Source: Selaginella moellendorffii (Eukaryota; Plantae; Lycopodiophyta). From it: a stretch of DNA of 8,691 nucleotides. The position numbers were made by a program, and so were the translations under genes. Where the stretch lies: contig NW_003314651.1 in assembly GCF_000143415.4 (NCBI RefSeq), forward strand, positions 1 through 8,691, written 5' to 3'. The notes beneath the pieces were generated by a model. The model did no database searches. It had not been told where the DNA came from and saw nothing but the letters and a program-made list of their open reading frames with translations. Positions 1 to 8,345 of the stretch are shown piece by piece; position 1 is the stretch's first letter; each line of letters opens with the position of its first letter.

Positions 1-139
1 AGGTTTTGTCATTAAGGTGTGAGAACTGGATTCCACTGCTGTAAGGGGCGATATGCGCAACAGAGGAGAGATTGACAAACACTTTCCTTAGCGGTCTCCT
101 TCATTTTGTCCAGTAGCAAGTTTGTGAGAAGAAAATGGC
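1..139 (-). pseudogene. Exon fragment of a TIC32-like short-chain dehydrogenase/reductase (SDR), frameshifted, runs off window edge
   Basis: After a TAG acceptor (142-140) the minus strand reads (G)HFLLTNLLLDKMKETAKES. A frameshift near 80 removes the usual GxEGRI residues, then it reads VNLSSVAHIAPYSSGIQFSHLNDKT. This matches the recalled plant TIC32/WWOX-type SDR motif GHFLLTNLLL...GRIVNLSS.AH... Confidence 0.85.
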
Positions 140-149
140 CTAGACATCA

Positions 150-560
150 CAACAAGATCACACCTTTGATCACCACCTTCACCACAGAAATGAAAATCCA
201 TGAGATGATCCAACTATAGTGGCTTGGAGCTTACCTGCGTTGAGCTTAGAGTTGTCAAGATATTGGCAGCTGCCATAAGAGCAAGCAATCCACTGTCGTC
301 ATGACCAACGAGCACGACCGATGAGAATTTTAGTTGCTGGCAAAAGCTCAGCAGCAAATCCACCTGCGAGCTCTAATCAGAGAAATCAAACAAGCAAGAA
401 CAACAGGAAAAAATTTCTTTTTTTTTTTTTTCTAAACGACAATGAATAGAACACTCACTTGGGACTGGTGCTCGTAAGGATTGGGAAGACCATCTTTGTC
501 ACGGTCACTTTTTTTGCACGGCCGGCTCATCAGTCCCCAGCCAGTCTGATCAAACGCAGC
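150..560 (-). pseudogene. Three-exon internal fragment of a plant alpha/beta-hydrolase (Abhydrolase_1/6 type), truncated at both ends
   Basis: Exon 560-459: AAFDQTGWGLMSRPCKKSDRDKDGLPNPYEHQSQ. Intron 458-364 (GTGAGT...CAG). Exon 363-235: VDLLLSFCQQLKFSSVVLVGHDDSGLLALMAAANILTTLSSTQ. Intron 234-177 (GTAAGC...AAG). Exon 176-150: VVIKGVILL, then TGA. This matches recalled plant motifs AFDRPGWGLTSRP...PNPY...QV and VGHDDGGLLAL. There is an in-frame TGA upstream at 575-573 and no N-terminus. Confidence 0.88.
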
Positions 561-576
561 AAATAGAAAATTTCAG

Positions 577-582
577 CACACA

Positions 583-660
<78 letters not shown>
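577..660. repeat. Compound microsatellite (CA)n(GA)n
   Basis: CA repeats at 577-614 (one GA interruption) are directly followed by GA repeats at 615-660 (one extra A). Confidence 0.97.
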
Positions 661-662
<2 letters not shown>

Positions 663-781
663 CACAATCTGCCCAATCGCCCTAAATTTTTTCTCTTGAT
701 TTGGATCGTCATTAAAAAATTGAAGAGTTGCCACCCCTTTGGCACTTGATCTATGCCATCTATTTGAAGTTTTTGAATTTG

Positions 782-791
782 AACCGTTAGA
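782..791 (-). promoter_or_regulatory. MSA-like (MYB3R-type) motif TCTAACGGTT
   Basis: Matches the YCYAACGGYY consensus about 90 nt inside the putative Helitron 5' end. It is a single short match with no evidence of function. Confidence 0.2.
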
Positions 792-882
792 TTATAGGTA
801 TATTCAGAAATAATATTCTAAAAATGGAATAAAAGACGCCGGATGCCATATGCCAATAGCACGTTTAAATAAGGGAGTAAGA

Positions 883-1000
883 CTAGCAAAAGTCCCAGCT
901 ACGCTGGGAGCATCGTGTTTATTCTTGATATTTTAGTATTTCAAAAAGTTGAAATCATAATTATAATTTTAATATAATCATAATTATAACATACATAGTT
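883..1000 (-). mobile_element. Intact Helitron 3' terminus (hairpin + CTAG) with subterminal sequence
   Basis: The minus strand reads TCCCAGC-GTA-GCTGGGA (perfect 7-bp GC-rich stem, 909-893), then CTTTTG, CTAG (886-883), then T. This is the canonical hairpin about 10 nt from a CTRR end followed by T. Confidence 0.85.
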
Positions 1001-2093
1001 AACATAACATAATATAATATTTATATTCAAAATCCCTTCTACAAATATAACATAATAAATAATATAATAAATTTAACTTATAACATAATATAACATTTAA
1101 AACTCTGAGTGCTGCATGATCTTCTATAAATGGAATTTTTCACTGTGGGATTCCATGGCCAGATAAGTCAATTAAAAATTGAGGCTTGGTAACTATTTTT
1201 TTATTTGAAATCTCCATATAATTGATCTACAATTTTTCCTCTTAATAAAAAATGTGTTTCTTAAGTACACTAAAGTATAATGATTTCAAAAATAAAGATT
1301 TAAAACTCACTTAAACTATATACATCTTATAAAATTAAAAAAATATAACAATTTTTATGGAATTTTATTTTTCATCTCTTTAGACTGAAAGTTTTGGAAT
1401 TTCATGATACTAAGTGATAAAAATTACTTTTATGTGTTATATTTTTTAGAAGAATTTCAAAATTTTACATATTTATCTTTGATATTCCCTTATTCCTAAT
1501 ACTTATATTCTTACATTTTGAGAGTAATATTTAATATTAGAAGTATTCTACTTTATATCATTAGCATTATTTCTGTATGTGTTTTTTAATAGAGAGAATG
1601 CTAATGCAAAATAAGTTATTATCTCTCTATTTCACGGATTTATATTTAAAATTAAGGCTTTATTACAATATTTTAAAGGCTGATATTTTATAATGATAAA
1701 TGAATGGCAAGGTTTTACTCTATATTGAGGTAATAATGATATATAAACTTTTTCTTTATTCTAAAAATATAAAATACCAGAAAATTCATAAATGGTATAT
1801 AGATAGATTTAATATAATTAAAGTTCAATTGATGGTGAATCACATTTCTTTAGATGGTTCTTGTACTAATGTTGTCTCAATGATATTTATACCTTATTAT
1901 TTTTGTCATGTATAATTACAATGTAAGAAAAAATGTTAGAAAATTTATGATATTACATAAATCTTAGACTACATTTGAGCCAATTGAAGTCTCAATATGT
2001 TTAATCATTGATGATTGTATTAATAGTCATATAAATTTGTATATACTTTTGTTGATAATATGAAAAAAGAGAAATCTCAGTCTAAGAAGTGAA

Positions 2094-2188
2094 GCTGGGA
2101 GTGTCATATACATTTCAGTTGTTTAGTAATTTGGAAAAGTTCCTTATTCCGCTTTTCATTTCTATTGTTTCTTTATATTTGAAAAGTT
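2094..2188 (-). mobile_element. Truncated copy of Helitron 3' subterminal sequence (half hairpin, no CTAG)
   Basis: The plus strand GCTGGGAGTGTCATATACATTTCAGTTGTTTAGTAATTTGGAAAAGTTC...CTTTATATTTGAAAAGTT aligns by eye with 4818-4892 and more distantly with 903-950. Confidence 0.8.
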
Positions 2189-2349
2189 AAGAAACATATA
2201 TATAAGATATTCAAGCATGAGACTTAATAGGTTGTATGTTGAAAGTTTTGAAAGTGAAGGTATGGCAAAGCACACCTGATTGTAAGAAGAACTTGAGCCT
2301 TTTCTGTACCATGATATTTTAATACATATTCTATAATTATATTAACCTT

Positions 2350-3240
2350 GAAGGACATTTCATTGGTATTTACCAATAGCACATCAAGATTGTAAACATC
2401 TATCACTTTGGTTCAATGCTATTATCTTGAATCACTGACACAACTTTGCAATTTCTTGAGATTGCCCAGATGTTCTTCTAGCAGCTTGTTGAGTAGAGCA
2501 TTAGCTTGTAGTTATCTGCTTGAGAAGTGTTCACCACATTGAGCTAATGTCCACATGTTATTGCCTCAACAATCCATACATGTTGGGCTTGTAGAATTGT
2601 TTGAAGTGTACAAAGCAGTGTTGCCCATGCAATGCAATTATATTCATCTCTTTCCAAGACAAATCTTGTGCTAATAAAACAAATGTTGATCTGAAGAAGC
2701 AACCACTATCTTTCATAATTATTTTATTGTCATTGATGACAAAGGATAAAATCAGCAATGGTAGAGGATTCTATTGATCATCCACTGGATTGCGTATCTT
2801 GGCTATTGGATGCATCCCCATATAAGCACCACCCACTACATAGAGTTGGCCATCCATAACCATATATGCACACAACTTTTAAGGACACAACATTGATGCC
2901 AAAGAACTCCATCGATTCATGTGTAGATCAATATAGAACTTTCTGTCAAGAACTTGACACACAAATTCTCCTATGTACTATAATCATCCACACTTTCTTG
3001 GCACTTCTAGGATTGAATGATCAAGACCTCTTTCCCATGTTTGAGAAACACTGTTACCACCAGTACACCTTCAATCAATCCTTATACAGAACAATTGTCA
3101 TAAAACTTGGCACTGGAGACAAGATTCCTCCACACTCTGTTCATTTTATGCATTTGCCCATGGGTTGATAATGGCACTCACAAGAGGCACCGGTACCCAG
3201 CATCATCATCTAATACAGGAATTAGTGTTGTTGTTGCCAT
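2350..3240 (-). pseudogene. Degenerate F-box/kelch-repeat protein pseudogene (no intron seen)
   Basis: From ATG 3240 it reads MATTTLIPVLDDDAGYRCLL*VPLSTHGQMHKMNRVWRNLVSSAKFY (F-box, LIPGLPDD...CLLRVP type). After frameshifts it reads NRWSSLASMLCP*KLCAYMVMDGQLYVVGG...RNPVDDQ*NPLP (kelch repeat). Stops lie at 3180-3178, 3084-3082, 2881-2879 and 2773-2771. ORF 2558-2758 is its in-frame continuation. The 3' boundary is approximate. Confidence 0.88.
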
Positions 3241-3535
3241 GGTTGAGGGACCTATTTGCCCTAAATTCAAGAGGCAGACTGTTCATCTCATCACCATTGC
3301 TGCCCATTACACACTTTATTATGGATCATTCCATGTACTATTAACCTCAAAGAAAAGTTACCTACCTGATCATTGCCCTAGCTTTCTTGACATTGATTTG
3401 CTCCTGGCCATGACATACCTTCCTCTTGCTATAGCAATTCTCTAACATTGCCTACCTCTATTCAATGTATCTCTCACATTCTCCTTGATGCCTATACCCA
3501 AGAATCAATAGTGCAAGTGTAAGCTCCTGAGTTTT

Positions 3536-3582
3536 GGACTTCCCGGGAGGTCACCCAGCCCAGTACTATTCAAACCCTTAAC
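3536..3582 (-). promoter_or_regulatory. 5S rRNA-derived internal control region (partial box A, intermediate element, box C); not a full 5S gene
   Basis: The minus strand reads GTTAAG-GGTTT-GAATAGTACTGGGCTGGGTGACCTCCCGGGAAGTCC. The recalled plant 5S sequence is GTTAAG-N13-GAGTAGTACTAGGATGGGTGACCTCCCGGGAAGTCC (33/36 identical in the core, from memory). The 5' half and 3' tail of 5S are not seen. Confidence 0.85.
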
Positions 3583-3599
3583 CCCAAATATCCCAAGAC

Positions 3600-4070
3600 N
3601 NNNNNNNNNNNNNNNNNNNNNNNNNNNNNNNNNNNNNNNNNNNNNNNNNNNNNNNNNNNNNNNNNNNNNNNNNNNNNNNNNNNNNNNNNNNNNNNNNNNN
3701 NNNNNNNNNNNNNNNNNNNNNNNNNNNNNNNNNNNNNNNNNNNNNNNNNNNNNNNNNNNNNNNNNNNNNNNNNNNNNNNNNNNNNNNNNNNNNNNNNNNN
3801 NNNNNNNNNNNNNNNNNNNNNNNNNNNNNNNNNNNNNNNNNNNNNNNNNNNNNNNNNNNNNNNNNNNNNNNNNNNNNNNNNNNNNNNNNNNNNNNNNNNN
3901 NNNNNNNNNNNNNNNNNNNNNNNNNNNNNNNNNNNNNNNNNNNNNNNNNNNNNNNNNNNNNNNNNNNNNNNNNNNNNNNNNNNNNNNNNNNNNNNNNNNN
4001 NNNNNNNNNNNNNNNNNNNNNNNNNNNNNNNNNNNNNNNNNNNNNNNNNNNNNNNNNNNNNNNNNNNNNN
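3600..4070. other. N-run (assembly gap or masking), 471 nt
   Basis: Run of N. Confidence 0.99.
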
Positions 4071-4800
4071 CGTCTCTCAAGTCGTTCCCTTTGGTTGCTT
4101 ACAGCAAGTTCAACACCTAAAATAGGTTTTCTTTGTCATGTTACTGAATAAAAAAGGGCCATAACATGTATAAAGTTTTTTTTTTATTTCCTACAACATT
4201 CACAGCTCCAATGGTTTTATATTGGACATTTAATTCTTATACAAGGAAAATATGTGGTTGAGGGAGATTAAATTTTATATTAGTTTTTTATTTTATTTTA
4301 TTTTATTAGTGAGCTGTATTGGATTGAGTCTTTATAAAGTTTACAACATGTTTGAGATAACTATTTATCATGACACTTATATGAGCTTGGTTTTCAAAGG
4401 TTATAGCCAATGAAATATAGAGGATTATAATTAAAGTTTGAACCTGCATAAAATTAACCATACCATTTGTTAACCATTTGTTAACTTGTATGGTTATGCT
4501 AATGTTATGTTAAATATTCTTGAGCAAGCCTACCTTAGAGGATACTCATTTTCCACAAGAATTGTATTATATGCTAGATTATGCTATTTCCAGAAATCCT
4601 GCCAAGAGAGAAAAAGAAAAATTATCAAAGAATCTGATAATTGACTAACAAAGAGAAAGGTACTGACTACTTGTAGTGAGTTGTCACAGAAACTTGTGAT
4701 CTAGCAACCCTAGAATGCATGGTCAATAGAGATATCTGAAACAAACCCTACATGCTAAAATTACTGCTATTGGCAATATATTCAATCACACTCATCCAAG

Positions 4801-4915
4801 GCACAAGTCCCAGCTTTGCTGGGAGTGTCATGTACATTTTTGTTATTTAGTAATTCTGAAAAGTTCATATTCATCTTTATATTTGAAAAGTTCATACTAA
4901 TCATAACATACATAA
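4801..4915 (-). mobile_element. Helitron 3' end copy with intact hairpin but lost CTAG
   Basis: The plus strand GCACAAGTCCCAGC-TTT-GCTGGGAG (stem 4808-4824) parallels GCAAAAGTCCCAGC-TAC-GCTGGGAG at 886-910. On the minus strand it ends CTTGTGCCTTGG instead of CTTTTGCTAG. Confidence 0.82.
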
Positions 4916-5593
4916 CAATTCTAATATAAAAACACACATCAGAGATATTTAGCACCTTTAGTGGTTTGGACAAGACTGCCAATTTGGGATATATCATCAT
5001 TCATCATACAAGTGTAATTAACTTTTATAATGTAGTATCAGAAATTAGATGGAGATATAGAAATATAAGTAGTTTTACATATGACAATTCATTTTCTTGA
5101 TGACAAGCCAGTTCCCATGTGTTCTTAACCAAACTCTAGTTAAAAAATCAAATGAGAATATCTATTAGATATCAACTACTATTGTACAAATTATGTGTAG
5201 TACTGAACATCCAAGAGCAGCATTAACAACACTGATGCTAAGTGGTGGCAGAATTAGGAATGTCATATAACTTTGGTAAATCACCATAAATCATCATGGT
5301 AAATCACCATAGGATAAAGGGTGAAAACCACGTATGCTACAATAATTTCTCATACACAAGATAAATGCTAAATTGGTCAACTCATTATATTGAGAACTAA
5401 CTTTTTATGTGTCATGAATCTATTATAGAGAATTAATTATCATTATATAAGATCACAGTTACCATTAATAATAATTTTTGTGATTGAGTTACTCTAGAGT
5501 AAATATATATTTACAAACACTTCTTGATGCATCATAGTTATTTATAGTTAGATACATAACTTTTAGCTATAAAAATTTCTAAATATATATTTT

Positions 5594-5640
5594 CTGGGAG
5601 TGTCATGTACATTTCTGTTATTTAGTAATTTCTAAAATTT
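5594..5640 (-). mobile_element. Truncated copy of Helitron 3' subterminal sequence (half hairpin), running into N-run
   Basis: CTGGGAGTGTCATGTACATTTCTGTTATTTAGTAATT is nearly identical to 4819-4855. Confidence 0.8.
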
Positions 5641-5795
5641 NNNNNNNNNNNNNNNNNNNNNNNNNNNNNNNNNNNNNNNNNNNNNNNNNNNNNNNNNNNN
5701 NNNNNNNNNNNNNNNNNNNNNNNNNNNNNNNNNNNNNNNNNNNNNNNNNNNNNNNNNNNNNNNNNNNNNNNNNNNNNNNNNNNNNNNNNNNNNNN
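5641..5795. other. N-run (assembly gap or masking), 155 nt
   Basis: Run of N. Confidence 0.99.
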
Positions 5796-6639
5796 TGAAT
5801 CATGAGCTAAAAACCCCACTTTTATTAAATAATTAAATTAATAATTAATTAATCATAAATTATATAGTATTTATTAATATATTATCATTCTTGTCTGAAA
5901 CTATATAATAGTGCAATAATGATTTGGAAATATTTAATTAATTTAATTATTTTAAATGAAAATATCAAATAATATATTATTATATTCTTTGTTGATAATA
6001 TTCTACTTAAATATTTTATTTTAATATTATAAATATTCTTTTATGAATAAATATACTTTAAATGATTTTATAATTCTTCACTTTACTTTCTTATTAAATT
6101 TTCAAGTTTTAATAGAATTGGGCTTTCAAAGAATTCTTTCTTTATATTTAGTAAATTTTAGTCAAGCTGATATAGAAATATTATATTATCATTTATATTT
6201 TGTTACTTTAGTGGTGTTAGTAGTGTTTCAATAACATTTTTGGAATTATTTTAAAAAAGACCAACCGTCTATGGTCAGAGACAATTATACAATTACATGG
6301 TTATTTGATCAAAGAAAAGCTAGAATGTTTTATATGGAGTTTCTTATATTCCTGTTTGATATATAAATAGAAATACTATAATTATAAAATGTTTTTGGTT
6401 TTCTTATGTAAACAAATTGGGTAGTTGATGTACCTAGATTATACTTAGGTATTTGGGATATTCTACTATCTAATAGTTGTTATTCATTATGATTAGTCTT
6501 TTATTTATAATTTTGAAATGTGTTTAGAATTTATAGACTTTCCCAAATACATATTGTATACTCTAGTTTATTCTACCATCTAATCATTGATATACAATAA
6601 GATTAATCTTGCAAACTAAGTGTTTCTCTATGTAACACA

Positions 6640-6888
6640 NNNNNNNNNNNNNNNNNNNNNNNNNNNNNNNNNNNNNNNNNNNNNNNNNNNNNNNNNNNNN
6701 NNNNNNNNNNNNNNNNNNNNNNNNNNNNNNNNNNNNNNNNNNNNNNNNNNNNNNNNNNNNNNNNNNNNNNNNNNNNNNNNNNNNNNNNNNNNNNNNNNNN
6801 NNNNNNNNNNNNNNNNNNNNNNNNNNNNNNNNNNNNNNNNNNNNNNNNNNNNNNNNNNNNNNNNNNNNNNNNNNNNNNNNNNNNNNNN
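6640..6888. other. N-run (assembly gap or masking), 249 nt
   Basis: Run of N. Confidence 0.99.
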
Positions 6889-7831
6889 TGGTGGTTCGAT
6901 AATAGATCATTGTTCCCAGCAATCTCCTAATGTTTTGCATTACTATAACGTTTATCAGTGGGTTCTGTTAAAGCTAGAAAACAGAGCAAGGACTTAAATC
7001 CATTAGCTGTAAATGAATTGTTATTTTCTTTTATAATATTGCAGCTCTAGGCAATGTGATATCTTAAAAATTGGGAAAAATAAAAAAGAACTACATCAAG
7101 GGCCTAAAGCTTCCATCTACTGCTCTATACTTCCTTGGAGATTCCCTTCCTTGTATAATTTCCTATGCTCTAAGAAGACCTCCCCTAGTGAGCACATGTT
7201 TCCTTTGGAAGCTCGCTTTTGTTACTGCTGCTCTTACCAAAAGGACAAGAAGAGGTAAAAAAAACAATAAGAGGCCAGGTGAGCAATGAGGCCGTGGTTG
7301 TGAAGTGGAGGTGATAGGCTCTGCAGAAGTGGAAGATTGCTTCCTGGGGTTTTCAAGGCTGCAGAACTTAAGCCTCTAGTTGGAGACGTGACTCTGACTT
7401 GTGAACTCTCTTGGGTAGGTCAGCTTTATAAACCTGTGAAACAAAGAGCTAAACTTCCACTTTGGATTAACAATAAAACTGGAAAAACAGGAACTTTAAT
7501 GAACAGGAAAGCATGAGAGTGAGGCACTCACTACTTAGCACGTCGCTTGGATTAGCTCGTTCAGCTGGGTGTGAAGATATTTGGAATTCACCAGTGGACA
7601 TCTTGAGCAGAGCAATTGTAGTCGGGTCTTTGGCAACTGGAGAGCTCAATCAATCTCTTTGGCTGAAGTTACTCTAGATTATTTTTCAGTGGCTCCTCGA
7701 TATTGATATCGATAAGATCGTTTGCTGGAAGGATCTCCTCAAGATCTTTGCGGACCAGTGATCGAACAGAGAGGGGTGCTCGGCTGTGATGTGTTATTCT
7801 GCATAAACCCTAGCCTTAACCATTCCATCTC

Positions 7832-7905
7832 GTGGCCACTCTAGTCTCTGGGACAAAGGATCTAGCTCACGGCCACTCTGGTCTCCAGGACAAAGGATCC
7901 AGCTC
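7832..7905. repeat. Two-copy 37-bp tandem duplication
   Basis: GTGGCCACTCTAGTCTCTGGGACAAAGGATCTAGCTC (7832-7868) and ACGGCCACTCTGGTCTCCAGGACAAAGGATCCAGCTC (7869-7905) are 31/37 identical. Confidence 0.95.
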
Positions 7906-7911
7906 CCAATC

Positions 7912-8345
7912 TGCGGTGGAGTCCATTCCATCCTCTTCTGTGACAACTGCCTAGAGTTAACAACTATTGTATTAAAACCATGCACAACGTGTCTAACAGC
8001 CTCACTCTTGTCGAGATCCATTCTGATGAGTGCATCCAACAGCTAATCTGATCCATTGTGGAGGCAACAGCACAAGGAACTCCCGCTGAATAAAGAGCTG
8101 CCAGCCATTCTCGTGGGCCAGCACTTGCAAAACAAGTTTCATGACAAACTGTAAACCTTGGATAGCTCTGTATATTTCTGATAGCCAATTCATCAATCCA
8201 TACTCCGCCCAAGCTAGCTGGGAAAACAAAGTTACATTTCACTCTAACCTCTTCAGACTAACCACCCTTTTCAGGTCATGCTTGGAGGTACTACAAACGA
8301 TCAATTGCCACTTCTCCTTATCCAGATCATCTCCAATAATTTTTT
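7912..8345 (-). pseudogene. Multi-exon fragment of a plant HAD-like hydrolase (At3g10970-like family), degraded
   Basis: Exon-like pieces: 8345-8266 KIIGDDLDKEK...; 8217-8157 LAWAEYGLMNWLSEIY; ~8122-8006 GPREWLAALYSAGVPCAVASTMDQ then frameshift to DALIRMDLDK; 7950-7912 AVVTEEDGMDSTA. Short GT-AG introns lie at 8265-8218 and 8005-7951. These match the recalled LSEIY...GLRDWLDAV...IPCAVVS...ALERMGL...AVVSEEDGMES. Confidence 0.8.

Larger units (their letters stand above)
1..882 (-). mobile_element. Probable 5' portion of a non-autonomous Helitron carrying captured gene fragments
   Basis: The minus strand starts TCTTACTCCCTTATTTAAACG at 882, resembling TC-initiated, TAC/AT-rich plant Helitron 5' termini. 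It directly abuts a Helitron 3' CTAG and contains two co-oriented gene fragments. Its 3' end is not in the window. Confidence 0.55.
3518..4103 (-). mobile_element. LTR-type element (solo LTR or TRIM, Cassandra-like) containing a 5S rRNA-derived segment
   Basis: Termini TGTAAGC (3518-3524) and GCTTACA (4097-4103) form a perfect inverted repeat with TG...CA ends. They are flanked by the 5-bp direct repeat GCAAG (3513-3517, 4104-4108). The interior 3600-4070 is N. Confidence 0.82.

Noticed and set aside
893-909. Hairpin as a rho-independent terminator, or the four repeats as a CRISPR array
   Set aside because: The context is eukaryotic and intron-containing, the spacing is irregular and kb-scale, and the CTAG|T geometry fits a Helitron end.
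2866-3445. Plus-strand ORFs 2866-3168 and 3107-3445
   Set aside because: They are antisense shadows of the F-box/kelch pseudogene with no recognisable motif.
3240-3536. 5S-derived promoter driving the downstream F-box gene
   Set aside because: A minus-strand TTTT at 3356-3353 would likely stop Pol III before the ATG, and the gene is heavily disrupted.
3536-3582. Functional 5S rRNA gene
   Set aside because: Only about 36-47 nt match, the spacer is shortened, and the 5' half and oligo-T terminator are missing. It sits inside TSD-flanked termini.
4462-5311. Small direct repeats ACCATTTGTTA x2 (4462-4483) and TGGTAAATCACCATA x2 (5274-5311)
   Set aside because: They are ordinary local slippage duplications with no further structure.
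1700-6234. Short AT-rich ORFs at 1700-1915, 4782-5000 and 6043-6234
   Set aside because: Their I/L/F/K/N-biased composition is expected by chance in very AT-rich non-coding DNA.
6626-6639. TGTAACACA before the third N-run as an LTR start with CTCTA TSD
   Set aside because: No matching GTTACA+CTCTA was found after the gap. GTTACTCTA near 7668 lacks the CA.
3505-6997. ORFs spanning N-runs (3505-4080, 5618-5819, 6584-6997)
   Set aside because: They are artefacts of N codons not being read as stops.
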